Assembly: GCA_947481635.1 (NCBI GenBank)
Contig: CANKHJ010000003.1
Location: forward strand, 5,353-69,352
Source of the DNA: Bradyrhizobiaceae bacterium
GTDB taxonomy: Bacteria; Pseudomonadota; Alphaproteobacteria; Rhizobiales; Xanthobacteraceae
Reading direction: 5' to 3'
Length of the DNA stretch: 64,000 bases
Positions 18,349-27,343 of the stretch are shown piece after piece. The notes under the pieces were generated by a model. That model did not search any database, was not told the origin of the DNA, and saw only the letters and a program-made list of their open reading frames with translations. Position 1 is the first letter of the stretch. Each line of letters begins with the position of its first letter. The position numbers and the translations under genes are program-made.

Positions 18349-19326
18349 CTAATAATCGATGCGCTGGCACAAAACGCCGCTGCCAGGCGCAAGGATGTGC
18401 GGCAGGCGCACCGGCAGGTCAACGAAATTCACCGCCGGCGCGATCAGGCTTTCGAGAACCGGATCGGCCAACAGCGCGAGCGCGGCTGCGAGGCGGCGGC
18501 GATGCGACCAGCGCGCGCGATGCGATGGCGCGACCTGCCCGACCTGGCTCGACATGAGCTTCAGGCGGCGGCTGTGATATGCGCCACCGAGCGGCAGCGT
18601 CACGTGATCGGCGCCATACCAGCTGATATCGAGGATCGTTGCCTCGTCGCCCGCGAGCGTCAGCGCGGTGGCCAGCCCCTTGCCGCTGCCGCTCGCATGG
18701 ACCACCAGATCGCAATCCCCCGGCGCATCTTCCGGAAGGGCGAAGCCGACCCCAAGCGTGGTTGCCAGCGCGGCGCGCGCGGGGTTGACGTCGATCAGCG
18801 TGACCCGCGCACCGGGCAGCTTTCCGCATAGCCAGGCGACCAGTGCCCCGACCACGCCGGCCCCGATGACGGCAATGTGATCGGCCGGCCCGGGCGCGGC
18901 ATCCCACACCGCATTCAGCGCCGTCTCCATGTTGGCCGCTAGAATGGCGCGGGCGGGCGGCACGTTGTCGGGGAGCGGCACCGCCGCGTCCGAGGGAATG
19001 ACGAAGCGGGTCTGGTGTGGGTGGAGCACAAAGACCTTGCGGCCGATCAATGCGGACGGGCCGGCCTCGACCACCCCGACGGTGGAATAGCCGTATTTCA
19101 CCGGGAACGGAAAGCTGCCGCCCATGTACGGAGCACGCATTCGCTGGTGTTCGCTGGGCGGCACCCGCGCCGCGAAAATCAGCGCCTCGGTGCCGCGGCT
19201 GACCGCGCTATGCAGCGCCGCCACGCGGACATCGCCGGCGCCGACCGGCGCCACCGCCTCCTCCCGCAACTCGACGCGGCCGGGGGCCGAGTACCATAAT
19301 GCGCGCGCCGTATCGTTTGCTGCCAC
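18349..19326 (-). CDS. Zn-binding/medium-chain dehydrogenase-reductase (MDR) family protein
   Basis: GxGxxG is present (VIGAGVVGALVAW) with MDR-like layout. I chose the GTG start at 19326. The Arg/Pro-rich N-terminal extension of the 488-aa ORF is rejected. Confidence 0.7.
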   Translation of the reverse strand: MAANDTARALWYSAPGRVELREEAVAPVGAGDVRVAALHSAVSRGTEALIFAARVPPSEHQRMRAPYMGGSFPFPVKYGYSTVGVVEAGPSALIGRKVFVLHPHQTRFVIPSDAAVPLPDNVPPARAILAANMETALNAVWDAAPGPADHIAVIGAGVVGALVAWLCGKLPGARVTLIDVNPARAALATTLGVGFALPEDAPGDCDLVVHASGSGKGLATALTLAGDEATILDISWYGADHVTLPLGGAYHSRRLKLMSSQVGQVAPSHRARWSHRRRLAAALALLADPVLESLIAPAVNFVDLPVRLPHILAPGSGVLCQRIDY

Positions 19327-19400
19327 ACTCGCCCCATCATGGTTTTGCGGTTGCCGACCGGCTATATCCTGCCCGAAGAATACGGAATTCGGAACCGAAG

Positions 19401-21923
19401 ATGCTGGAGCGCACACAGGCGCATATGTCAGTGGGCGCAACGCGGTCACTTGCCGCCCGGCGGGCGCTGTTTGCCGCGCTGGTGGCCGCGACCTGCGTGG
19501 CGGTGCTGGCGCTGTTCGCCCTGGTCTTGTCCCCCGGCGGAATCGGCCTCGTCGACGGCGTGATGATCGCGCTGCTGGCGATCCCGCTGCCATGGTCGGC
19601 AATCGGCTTCTGGAACGCGACCATCGGCCTGATCCTGATGCGCTTCGCCCGCGATCCGGTCGGCGCTGTATGCCCGCCCGCAATCCGCGTGCATGACGAC
19701 GCGCCGGTGCTGGCCTCGACCGCAATCCTGATGTGCATCCGCAACGAGGATCCGGATGTCGTGTTGCGCAACCTCGACGTGATGCTGACGCAACTCGCGG
19801 CGACCGGCGAGGCACGGCGGTTTCATCTCTATGTGCTGAGCGATACCAACCTGCCGGCTATCGCGGCGCAAGAGGATGCTCGGTTCGGCGCCTTGACCGC
19901 ACAATGGCTCGAGCGCGTCGCGATCACCTACCGGCGACGCGACAGCAACGAGGGGTTCAAAGCCGGCAACATCAAGGATTTCTGCGAGCGCTGGGGCGCG
20001 CAGCACGACTTCGCGATCACGCTCGACGCCGACAGCGTGATGCCGGCCGCCGCGATGCTGCGCCTGGTGCGCATGATGCAGAACGAGCCGCGCATCGGCA
20101 TCCTGCAAGGCCTGGTGATCGGGATGCCCTCGACCAGCGCCTTTGCACGGCTGTTCCAGTTCGGCATGCGGCTCGGCATGCGCTCCTACACGCTCGGAAG
20201 CGCGTGGTGGCAGGGCGATTGCGGGCCCTATTGGGGGCACAATGCGATCCTGCGGCTTGCGCCGTTCATTGCCCATTGCCAGATCCCTGACACGCCGGCG
20301 CGCGGACCGCTCGGCGGTCCGATCCTGAGCCACGACCAGATCGAAGCGGTGCTGATGCGCCGCGCCGGATATGAAGTGCGGGCAGTGCCGCGCGAGGACC
20401 TCGGCTGGGAGGAGAACCCGCCAACGCTGCTCGAATTCCTGCGCCGCGACCTGCGCTGGTGTCACGGCAACATGCAATATTGGCGCTTCCTGCGGATGCC
20501 GGGCCTGTTGCCGACCAGCCGAGTGCAACTCGTGCTGGCGATGCTGATGTTTGTCGGATCGCCGGTCTCGGCAGTGATGGTGCTGCTGATCTGCGCGAGG
20601 CTGCTATTGTCCAACGAGCCGTTCCTGCGCGTCGACGCGGCGATCGGGTTATTCGCCGTGATGCTGACGATGGCTTTCGCGCCCAAGATCGCAACCGTAA
20701 TCGACGTGCTGATGCGCGCCGACCTGCGCAAGGGCTATGGCGGCGCACCGCGTTTCATCGCGAGTGTGGCCGCAGAGACGGTATTCGCGACGTTGCTTGC
20801 GCCGGTGATGTGGTTCGCGCACTCGATCTATCTCGGCGGGCTCCTGCTCGGGCGCACCATTGGCTGGAACGCGCAGACGCGTAGCGACCATGCGGTGCCG
20901 TTCTCGCTCGCTGTACAGACTTTGTGGCCGCACACATTATATGGCGGCCTGGTCCTGGCGATGATCGCCGCAAGCGCACCGGGCGCCCTGCCCTACGCGC
21001 TCTATTTTGTCGCTGGACTGGCCTTGGCCATTCCGTTTGCGATGCTGACGGCGTCACCCGCCCTCGGACGCCTTCTTGTCCGTACCGGCCTTGGACGGCT
21101 GCCGGAGGAAACCGACCCGCCGCCCGCGCTGCGGGCGCTGCGGCTGCCCGCCATCGAAGCAGCGTCATCGTCGGCGAGACTGCGGGACAGGATCCGGAGC
21201 GCGCGCGGCGTGATCCGTTCGCTGCGCATCTATTACGGCCATCGCGCGCGACGTGAGGCGATGGACCGCCTCTACGCGCAATTCATCAAACCGGGCGATC
21301 TGGCCTTCGACATCGGCGCCCATGTCGGCGACCGCATTGGGTGTTTCCGGCGGCTCGGAGCCAAGGTGGTCGCTGTCGAGCCCCAGCCGCCGCTGATACG
21401 GACGCTACGCCTGCTCTATGGCCGCGATGCCGCGGTCGCGATCGAGCCAGCAGCAGTCGGGGCCGTGGCTGGCACGACGCTGCTCAGGCTCAATGTCGAC
21501 AATCCGACGATCTCGACCGCGTCCGAGGACTTCATTGCCGCGGCGAATGATGGAGCGGGCTGGCAGGGCCAGACCTGGGATCGCACGATCGAGGTCGCGA
21601 CCACTACGCTCGATGACCTGATCGCACGTCACGGCATGCCGGCCTTCATCAAGATCGACGTCGAGGGTTTCGAACTGCAGGCGCTGACGGGGCTGAATCA
21701 TTCCGTCGCTGCGCTGTCATTCGAGTTCACCACGATCCAACGCGACGTCGCGCTGGCCTGCGTCGACCGTTGCGTTGCCTTGGGTTACCGTTCATTCGGC
21801 GCGGCGCTCGGCGAAAGCCAGGTGTTGATCGAACGGCGCCGCAGCGCCGAAGAGATCAAAAGCTGGCTAACGGGCCTGCCCGAAGACGCCAATTCCGGGG
21901 ACATTTATGCGACCCTGGCGTGA
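19401..21923 (+). CDS. opgH: OpgH/MdoH-like GT2 glucan glucosyltransferase fused to a C-terminal FkbM-family methyltransferase domain
   Basis: The GT2 part carries LSDTN, DADS and RRDLRWCHGNMQYW plus multiple TM helices. The C-terminal roughly 200 aa carry FDIGAHVGD and IKIDVEGFELQAL (FkbM). It is one continuous frame. Confidence 0.75.
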   Translation: MLERTQAHMSVGATRSLAARRALFAALVAATCVAVLALFALVLSPGGIGLVDGVMIALLAIPLPWSAIGFWNATIGLILMRFARDPVGAVCPPAIRVHDDAPVLASTAILMCIRNEDPDVVLRNLDVMLTQLAATGEARRFHLYVLSDTNLPAIAAQEDARFGALTAQWLERVAITYRRRDSNEGFKAGNIKDFCERWGAQHDFAITLDADSVMPAAAMLRLVRMMQNEPRIGILQGLVIGMPSTSAFARLFQFGMRLGMRSYTLGSAWWQGDCGPYWGHNAILRLAPFIAHCQIPDTPARGPLGGPILSHDQIEAVLMRRAGYEVRAVPREDLGWEENPPTLLEFLRRDLRWCHGNMQYWRFLRMPGLLPTSRVQLVLAMLMFVGSPVSAVMVLLICARLLLSNEPFLRVDAAIGLFAVMLTMAFAPKIATVIDVLMRADLRKGYGGAPRFIASVAAETVFATLLAPVMWFAHSIYLGGLLLGRTIGWNAQTRSDHAVPFSLAVQTLWPHTLYGGLVLAMIAASAPGALPYALYFVAGLALAIPFAMLTASPALGRLLVRTGLGRLPEETDPPPALRALRLPAIEAASSSARLRDRIRSARGVIRSLRIYYGHRARREAMDRLYAQFIKPGDLAFDIGAHVGDRIGCFRRLGAKVVAVEPQPPLIRTLRLLYGRDAAVAIEPAAVGAVAGTTLLRLNVDNPTISTASEDFIAAANDGAGWQGQTWDRTIEVATTTLDDLIARHGMPAFIKIDVEGFELQALTGLNHSVAALSFEFTTIQRDVALACVDRCVALGYRSFGAALGESQVLIERRRSAEEIKSWLTGLPEDANSGDIYATLA

Positions 21924-22839
21924 CGCGCTCGGCGCCGTAGCGATCTCGCTCCTGTTCGCTGGGACCTCGCATGGCGAACCGCTTGCGGTGCGGGTGATCA
22001 ATGCCAGCAAGCCGACGCAATGCGCCGAGACCGACAACGTCTATCTCAAGCTGACATCGCGCGCGACCCGGCGCTTCACCATCGAGGCGCGGCATCCCGG
22101 CTACATCACGGATATCGTCAAAGACAGCATGGATCCGGACTTCGGCCGCTGCGACATGTCGCGCGATCCTTCTTTCAAGTTCGAGCCGCGCAAGGTGACG
22201 TTGTACCAGGATCAGGACTGGATGCTGGTCGGCTACACTTTCCCGACCAACTGGCGGCCAACCAAAGTCCCGGTGCGCGTCGGCGACCGTACCGAGGACG
22301 GGCTGCACCTGGTGCAGGTGTGGAAACGCGTCGGCGCGGATTTTTATGAAGCGCTGGTGGTGTATCCGTCCGACGGCTATTGGCGCGCGAGGCCGCTGGC
22401 GCCGCCAAACTTGAAGGAGGCCGGTTATGGTTCGTCATTCCTGATCGGCCCGATCGAATTCGGTGGACGACCGCTGGTCGCGTTCCGCGAGATCGCGTTC
22501 GATCCGGCCGCGCGCACGATCCGCGTCGCTTTCGCACGCGGCGGCACGGCCACACTGCGCATCGACGCGCTCACCAGCGAACGACAGACGCTGGACGTTC
22601 GGTTCGACCGGGCAATCGCCGGATCGTTCGCCGCGTTGCGCTCGATGTTCGTCAGCGAGACCAATGCCGACGTGGCGCAAATCGCGTGGCACCGCAAAGG
22701 CACCACGCCGCAGCCTAAAATGCCGATCATGGACTTCAAGCGCGCGCGTGCGGCCGAGGTTTGGACCGGGCGCACCACGCCATCGCTCCACAACATGAGC
22801 GCGCCGGACACCGTGTTCAAGGATTTCGCGACCCGCTAG
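21907..22839 (+). CDS. Exported protein of unknown function (310 aa)
   Basis: The signal peptide is MRPWRDALGAVAISLLFAGTSHG. The gene overlaps opgH-fkbM by 17 nt. I recognise no motif. Confidence 0.6.
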   Translation: MRPWRDALGAVAISLLFAGTSHGEPLAVRVINASKPTQCAETDNVYLKLTSRATRRFTIEARHPGYITDIVKDSMDPDFGRCDMSRDPSFKFEPRKVTLYQDQDWMLVGYTFPTNWRPTKVPVRVGDRTEDGLHLVQVWKRVGADFYEALVVYPSDGYWRARPLAPPNLKEAGYGSSFLIGPIEFGGRPLVAFREIAFDPAARTIRVAFARGGTATLRIDALTSERQTLDVRFDRAIAGSFAALRSMFVSETNADVAQIAWHRKGTTPQPKMPIMDFKRARAAEVWTGRTTPSLHNMSAPDTVFKDFATR

Positions 22840-22845
22840 GGCGGG

Positions 22846-24612
22846 CTATTCCGCCGCCGCATCCGCGGTCATGAATTGCGCACGCGCCAGTGCGGCGAAG
22901 GCGCCCCCACGCGCGAATAATTCATCGAAGCTGCCGCTCTCGATGATCCGGCCATTCTCGAAGACCAGAATGCGCGTCGCCTTGCGCACCGTTGCGAGGC
23001 GATGCGCGATCACGAAGGTGGTGCGGTTTTTCATCACCTCGTCGAGCGCCGCCAACACCTTGGCCTCAGTCGTTGCATCCAGCGCGCTGGTGGCCTCGTC
23101 GAGAATCAGGATCGGCGGATCCTTGAGCAAGGCTCGCGCGATCGACAAGCGCTGACGCTCGCCACCGGACAGCATCCGGCCGCGCTCGCCGACGCGCGAC
23201 TGGAAGCCGTCCGGCGCGCGCTCGATGAAATCCAGCGCCTGGGCGCGTTGCGCGGCGGAACGCATCTCCTCCTCGGTCGCGTCGGGCTTTCCGGCATGCA
23301 GATTGTCCGCGATCGAGCGGTTGAACAGCAGCGTCTCCTGGAACACGACGCCGATATTGCGCCGCAGCGCGCCGAGCTTGAGCTCGGGCAGGTCGACGCC
23401 GTCGATCTTGATCGAACCGGATTGCGGATCGAAGGCGCGGTGCAGCAGCGCGAGCGAGGTGGATTTGCCGGCGCCGGTCGGGCCGACCAGCGCGATCATT
23501 TCGCCAGGCTTTGCGGTGAAGTTCAGTTCCGCCACCGCCGGCATGCGTCCGTCATAGGAGAACGACACGTTCGAAAACGCGACCTCGCCGACCGCACGGC
23601 CGGGATCGATCGAATCCGGCCGGTCGCGCAGGCTCGGCCTAGTGTCGAGCACCTCGAAGAATTCGCGCAGCCGCGGCGCGTCCCAAACCATCCGGTTGAC
23701 GAAGCCGATGGTGCTTTCCATGCGGCCGATCACCATGACCGCGAAGTTCATGAAGGTGACCATCTCGCCGATGGTCGCGAGGCCTTGTAGCGAGAGCCAG
23801 GTGCCGATGATGATGATGCAGAGAATGGTGATCGTGGTTCCGGCGCGGGTGAGCACGGTCGCGAGCGCCCACCACGACAGCACCGGGATCTGCGCCGCCA
23901 GCAACCGCTCGGCGACGCTGCGCAGCCCCGAGACCTCGGCTTCGATGCGCGCGTAGCTTTGCACCAGCGCGATATTGCCGAGCGTGTCGGACGCGCGTTC
24001 GGCAAGATCGCTGTAATGGCGCTCGACCGCGCTCTGCATCTTGTCGGTCTTGCGCACCAGCAGGATCGCCAGCAGCGCAAAGCCTGCGCACAGCACGACC
24101 AGCAGCAATGCGAGCCGCCAGTTGAGAAACAGCGACAGCGGCAGCAGCACCAGCAGCGAGATGAACGCGGACATATGCTCGCGGAAAAAGCCGAGCCACA
24201 TCGCCCAGAGCGAATCCGTGCCTTGCAGCATCACCTTCATCAGGCGGCCGGAATGCGTGCCCGAGTGATAGGCCAGCGGAAGCTGCAGCACATGCTCGAA
24301 ATAATCGGTCAGCACCGCCTGGCGGCGGCGATGCGCCAGCCGGTCGGCATGCAGCGCCACCAGCGTCCCGCACAGGATTGAGAACAGGCCGAAGCCGGCC
24401 CAGGCGGCCAGCAGCACAATCAGCGTCGTCAGGACCGCGTTGTTCTTATCCGCCTGGATCATGGTCAGCGCGTCGATGATGCGGCCGAACAGGATCGGTT
24501 CGGCGAATTGCGCGGACGCCAGCGCCACGTTGGCGAGCGCGAGCGTCCAGCCGAGCCGCCGTTCCGACCCGAGCTCGCGCAGCACCCGTTGATACAGACG
24601 AACGAAATCCAT
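22846..24612 (-). CDS. ndvA: NdvA/ChvA-like glucan exporter (fused ABC permease-ATPase, 588 aa)
   Basis: The N-terminal [13 protein letters not shown] box matches what I remember of NdvA/ChvA. Walker [10 protein letters not shown], signature LSGGERQR and Walker [10 protein letters not shown] are present. Confidence 0.7.
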   Translation of the reverse strand: MDFVRLYQRVLRELGSERRLGWTLALANVALASAQFAEPILFGRIIDALTMIQADKNNAVLTTLIVLLAAWAGFGLFSILCGTLVALHADRLAHRRRQAVLTDYFEHVLQLPLAYHSGTHSGRLMKVMLQGTDSLWAMWLGFFREHMSAFISLLVLLPLSLFLNWRLALLLVVLCAGFALLAILLVRKTDKMQSAVERHYSDLAERASDTLGNIALVQSYARIEAEVSGLRSVAERLLAAQIPVLSWWALATVLTRAGTTITILCIIIIGTWLSLQGLATIGEMVTFMNFAVMVIGRMESTIGFVNRMVWDAPRLREFFEVLDTRPSLRDRPDSIDPGRAVGEVAFSNVSFSYDGRMPAVAELNFTAKPGEMIALVGPTGAGKSTSLALLHRAFDPQSGSIKIDGVDLPELKLGALRRNIGVVFQETLLFNRSIADNLHAGKPDATEEEMRSAAQRAQALDFIERAPDGFQSRVGERGRMLSGGERQRLSIARALLKDPPILILDEATSALDATTEAKVLAALDEVMKNRTTFVIAHRLATVRKATRILVFENGRIIESGSFDELFARGGAFAALARAQFMTADAAAE

Positions 24613-24645
24613 CCGATCCTCGATCGTCTCAAGTCTAGTCGAAAC

Positions 24646-25644
24646 TCATGGGATCAGCAGCGCCGAGCCTGACACCTGGCGGCTTTCAATATCCCGATGC
24701 GCCTTTGCCCCGTCCTGCAACGGATAAGTGCGGCTGACCTCGATCTTGAGTACGCCGCGCTTGACCAGGTCGAACAACTCGACCGCGGCGGTTCGCATCG
24801 TCGGCACGTCGCGGATATAGCTCGACAGGCCGGGCCGCGCCGCGGTGATCGACTTCGGCGCGAGCAGCAGCAGGTTCATCGGCGGCACGTGGCCCGAGGC
24901 GTTGCCGTAATTCACCGCGGTGCCGAACGGCCGGATGCAGGGGATCGACTGGATGAAGGTGTCCTTGCCGACGCCATCAAACACCGCGGTGACGCCCTCC
25001 GGCACGATCGCCTTCACCGCGGCGACAAAATCCACGTCGCGATACAGGATGGCGTGGTCCGCGCCATGCTGCTTGATCAGGTCCGCCTTATCCTGCGACC
25101 CCACCGTGCCGATGACGGTTGCGCCGAGATGCTTCGCCCATTGGGTGAGAAGGAGGCCGACGCCGCTCGCCGCCGCATGGATCAGGATGATGTCGCTCGC
25201 CTTGGGCCGATACATGCGGTTGACGATCAGCGAGGCGGTGAAGCCCTTGGTCATCATCGCGGCGGCTTCCTGGTCGCTGACGCCATCAGGAATTTTCACC
25301 AGCCGGTCGGCGAAGACGTTGCGTTCCTCGGTGTAGGACCCGGTATTCTCGAAGAACTCGCCATGCATGCCGCAATAGACCACGCGGTCGCCGGGCTTGG
25401 CGTCGGTGACGCCGGGGCCGACGGCCTGCACGACCCCCGCCGCCTCGTTGCCCAGCACCAGCGGGAATGGCGGCTTGTGGTTCAGATAGAAGCCGCCACG
25501 CCGCACGTTGATGTCGGAATAATTGATGCCGATGGCGGTATGGCGCACGCGCGCCTCGCCGGCGGCGGGGGCCGCGACGTCAATGTCCTCCCAGCGCAGA
25601 ACGTCGGGCTCGCCGTGGGCATGGATGCGCAGCGCTTTGGTCAT
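24646..25644 (-). CDS. NADPH:quinone oxidoreductase (MDR family)
   Basis: The start is MTKALRIHAHGEPDVLRWED. Motifs AIGINYSDINVRRG and AAASGVGLLL are present. Confidence 0.8.
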   Translation of the reverse strand: MTKALRIHAHGEPDVLRWEDIDVAAPAAGEARVRHTAIGINYSDINVRRGGFYLNHKPPFPLVLGNEAAGVVQAVGPGVTDAKPGDRVVYCGMHGEFFENTGSYTEERNVFADRLVKIPDGVSDQEAAAMMTKGFTASLIVNRMYRPKASDIILIHAAASGVGLLLTQWAKHLGATVIGTVGSQDKADLIKQHGADHAILYRDVDFVAAVKAIVPEGVTAVFDGVGKDTFIQSIPCIRPFGTAVNYGNASGHVPPMNLLLLAPKSITAARPGLSSYIRDVPTMRTAAVELFDLVKRGVLKIEVSRTYPLQDGAKAHRDIESRQVSGSALLIP

Positions 25645-25730
25645 GAGATGCAGCCTGTGGGGATCAGAATGGAGGGCGGGCTTATGGCTTGTGCCATTGT
25701 GGCTGAGGCCGATCAACACCCCTGCCGATC

Positions 25731-26798
25731 CTAGCCCGGCGGATCACCGGCAAAGGCGCGCGCAATCAGTGCACGGATCGCAGCGCGCTCGACCGGCTGG
25801 GGATTCCAGTAGGGGTTTTTCACCGCGAGATCGGCGGCGCGGCCGATGCCGCTTTCTGGCATGCCGAGCTCGCGCAACGAGCGCGGCGCGTGCAGACGGC
25901 CGGCAAGGTCATAGAGCGCCAACGCGGCATCCTTTGCCTGCAACGCCCGGGACAGGCGCATCATCGTGTCCGGGACCGCGGGCGCGTTGTAGGCCAGCGC
26001 ATGCGGCAGCACGACAGTGTGAGTTTCTGCATGCGGGAGATCGAAGGTGCCACCGAGCGTGTGACAGAGCTTATGATGCAGCGCCATGCCGACAGTGCCG
26101 AGGCAGATGCCGCATAGCCACGCCCCATAGAGCGCATCGGTGCGGGCGGATTTGTCCGACGGAGTCTCGACAATGCGCGGCAACGACCGCGCCAATGCGG
26201 CAGTCCCCTCCTCCGCCATCAGCGCGATAATCGGGTTACGGTCTTTCGCATAGAGCGCCTCGACCGCGTGGGCGATGGCATTCATGCCGGACGTGGCCGA
26301 GAGGCTTGGCGGCAGCGAGAGCGTGAGATCGACATCGTAGATCACGACCTCAGGCAGCACCTTGCGCGTGGTCTGCGTCGCCTTCACGCCGTCCCTGGTC
26401 TCGCCGATGATCGGTGTCATTTCCGAGCCGGCATAGGTGGTCGGCAGCACGATCTGCGGCAGGTCGGTGCGCAACGCCAGCGCCTTGCCAAGACCGGTGG
26501 TCGAGCCGCCGCCGACCGCGACGAAGCCGTCGGCCTTGAGGTCTGTGACGACCGCCAGCGCGCGTTCGGTGGTCTCGATCGGCGTGTGCATCGCAGCGAG
26601 GGCAAAGACTCCGGCCGTCCGTGCGCCCAGCCTGGCCGCGATCTCTCGCGCGAGGCCTTCCTGCTGCGGGGTCGACAGGACCAGCACGCGCGCAAGGCCC
26701 AGCCGCTCCGCCTCCTCGGCAAGACGCGCGACCGTGCCGCTGCCAAAGATCACGCGCGACGGCAGCGCCTCGTAGACGAAAGTAGGAATGTCAGTCAT
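25731..26798 (-). CDS. Maleylacetate reductase / iron-containing alcohol dehydrogenase family
   Basis: Motifs VAVGGGSTTGLGKA, LPTTYAGSEMT and AIAHAVEALY are present. Confidence 0.75.
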   Translation of the reverse strand: MTDIPTFVYEALPSRVIFGSGTVARLAEEAERLGLARVLVLSTPQQEGLAREIAARLGARTAGVFALAAMHTPIETTERALAVVTDLKADGFVAVGGGSTTGLGKALALRTDLPQIVLPTTYAGSEMTPIIGETRDGVKATQTTRKVLPEVVIYDVDLTLSLPPSLSATSGMNAIAHAVEALYAKDRNPIIALMAEEGTAALARSLPRIVETPSDKSARTDALYGAWLCGICLGTVGMALHHKLCHTLGGTFDLPHAETHTVVLPHALAYNAPAVPDTMMRLSRALQAKDAALALYDLAGRLHAPRSLRELGMPESGIGRAADLAVKNPYWNPQPVERAAIRALIARAFAGDPPG

Positions 26799-26840
26799 GC
26801 ACCGGCCGCCAGCCGTGCCATGACGGCACGCGGCGGCAGG

Positions 26841-27343
26841 TTAGCGGGTTTTTCCCGATAGGCTCAATCCCTGCAGGCCGAACTTGACCCGCGACCACAG
26901 CCGCTCGTGGGTATAGGACAGCACGACTTTGGCGATGATTTCTGCCGCACCGATCGCGGCCGATACGCGCAGGTCGCCCGTGATCGCGTAAGCAACCGCC
27001 ATGGTGGTCGCCGAGCCGATCACACGCCACGACGCCACCTTGGCGACGCTGCGGATCGGATGCTCGGCGCTGGAGCGCAGCCATTCCATGGCGTCCGCTA
27101 GCCAGAGCCGCTGCTGCACGGGCGTGTCGCCCTGACCGACGATCAGCCCGAGCGCGGAGGTGTTGAACGACTCGCGATCGATCAGGATGAAACCGCCGGC
27201 ATCGCGATTGACGTCATAGAGCTCGAAGCAGACCGGCCGCGCCAGCGTGATCAGCACCTCGCCGATGTCGTTCATCTCCAGCGCCGCCGCGGGCGCGGAT
27301 TTCGCTGTCTCGATATCGAGCCGCGCTTTGATCGCCGTCCATG
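26841..27343 (-). pseudogene. cysN: CysN C-terminal remnant fused in frame to a DUF2061-like membrane domain; no N-terminal GTPase domain and no obvious start
   Basis: [10 protein letters not shown]...[48 protein letters not shown] matches only the last CysN beta-barrel domain. It is followed by RSVAKVASWRVIGS...THERLW (DUF2061-like). Confidence 0.55.

Noticed and set aside
18324-18422. N-terminal extension of the PTPS-like ORF (the 166-aa version)
   Set aside because: The extension is Cys/Arg/Ala-rich and would overlap the stop of the upstream dehydrogenase gene. The GTG at 18323 has a GAGG RBS and matches the usual family N-terminus (FAVEVRDH).
19327-19815. Arg/Pro-rich N-terminal extension of the 488-aa dehydrogenase ORF
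   Set aside because: It would run antisense through the opgH 5' end. The composition is non-protein-like, and the MDR homology begins near ALWYSAPGRVEL.
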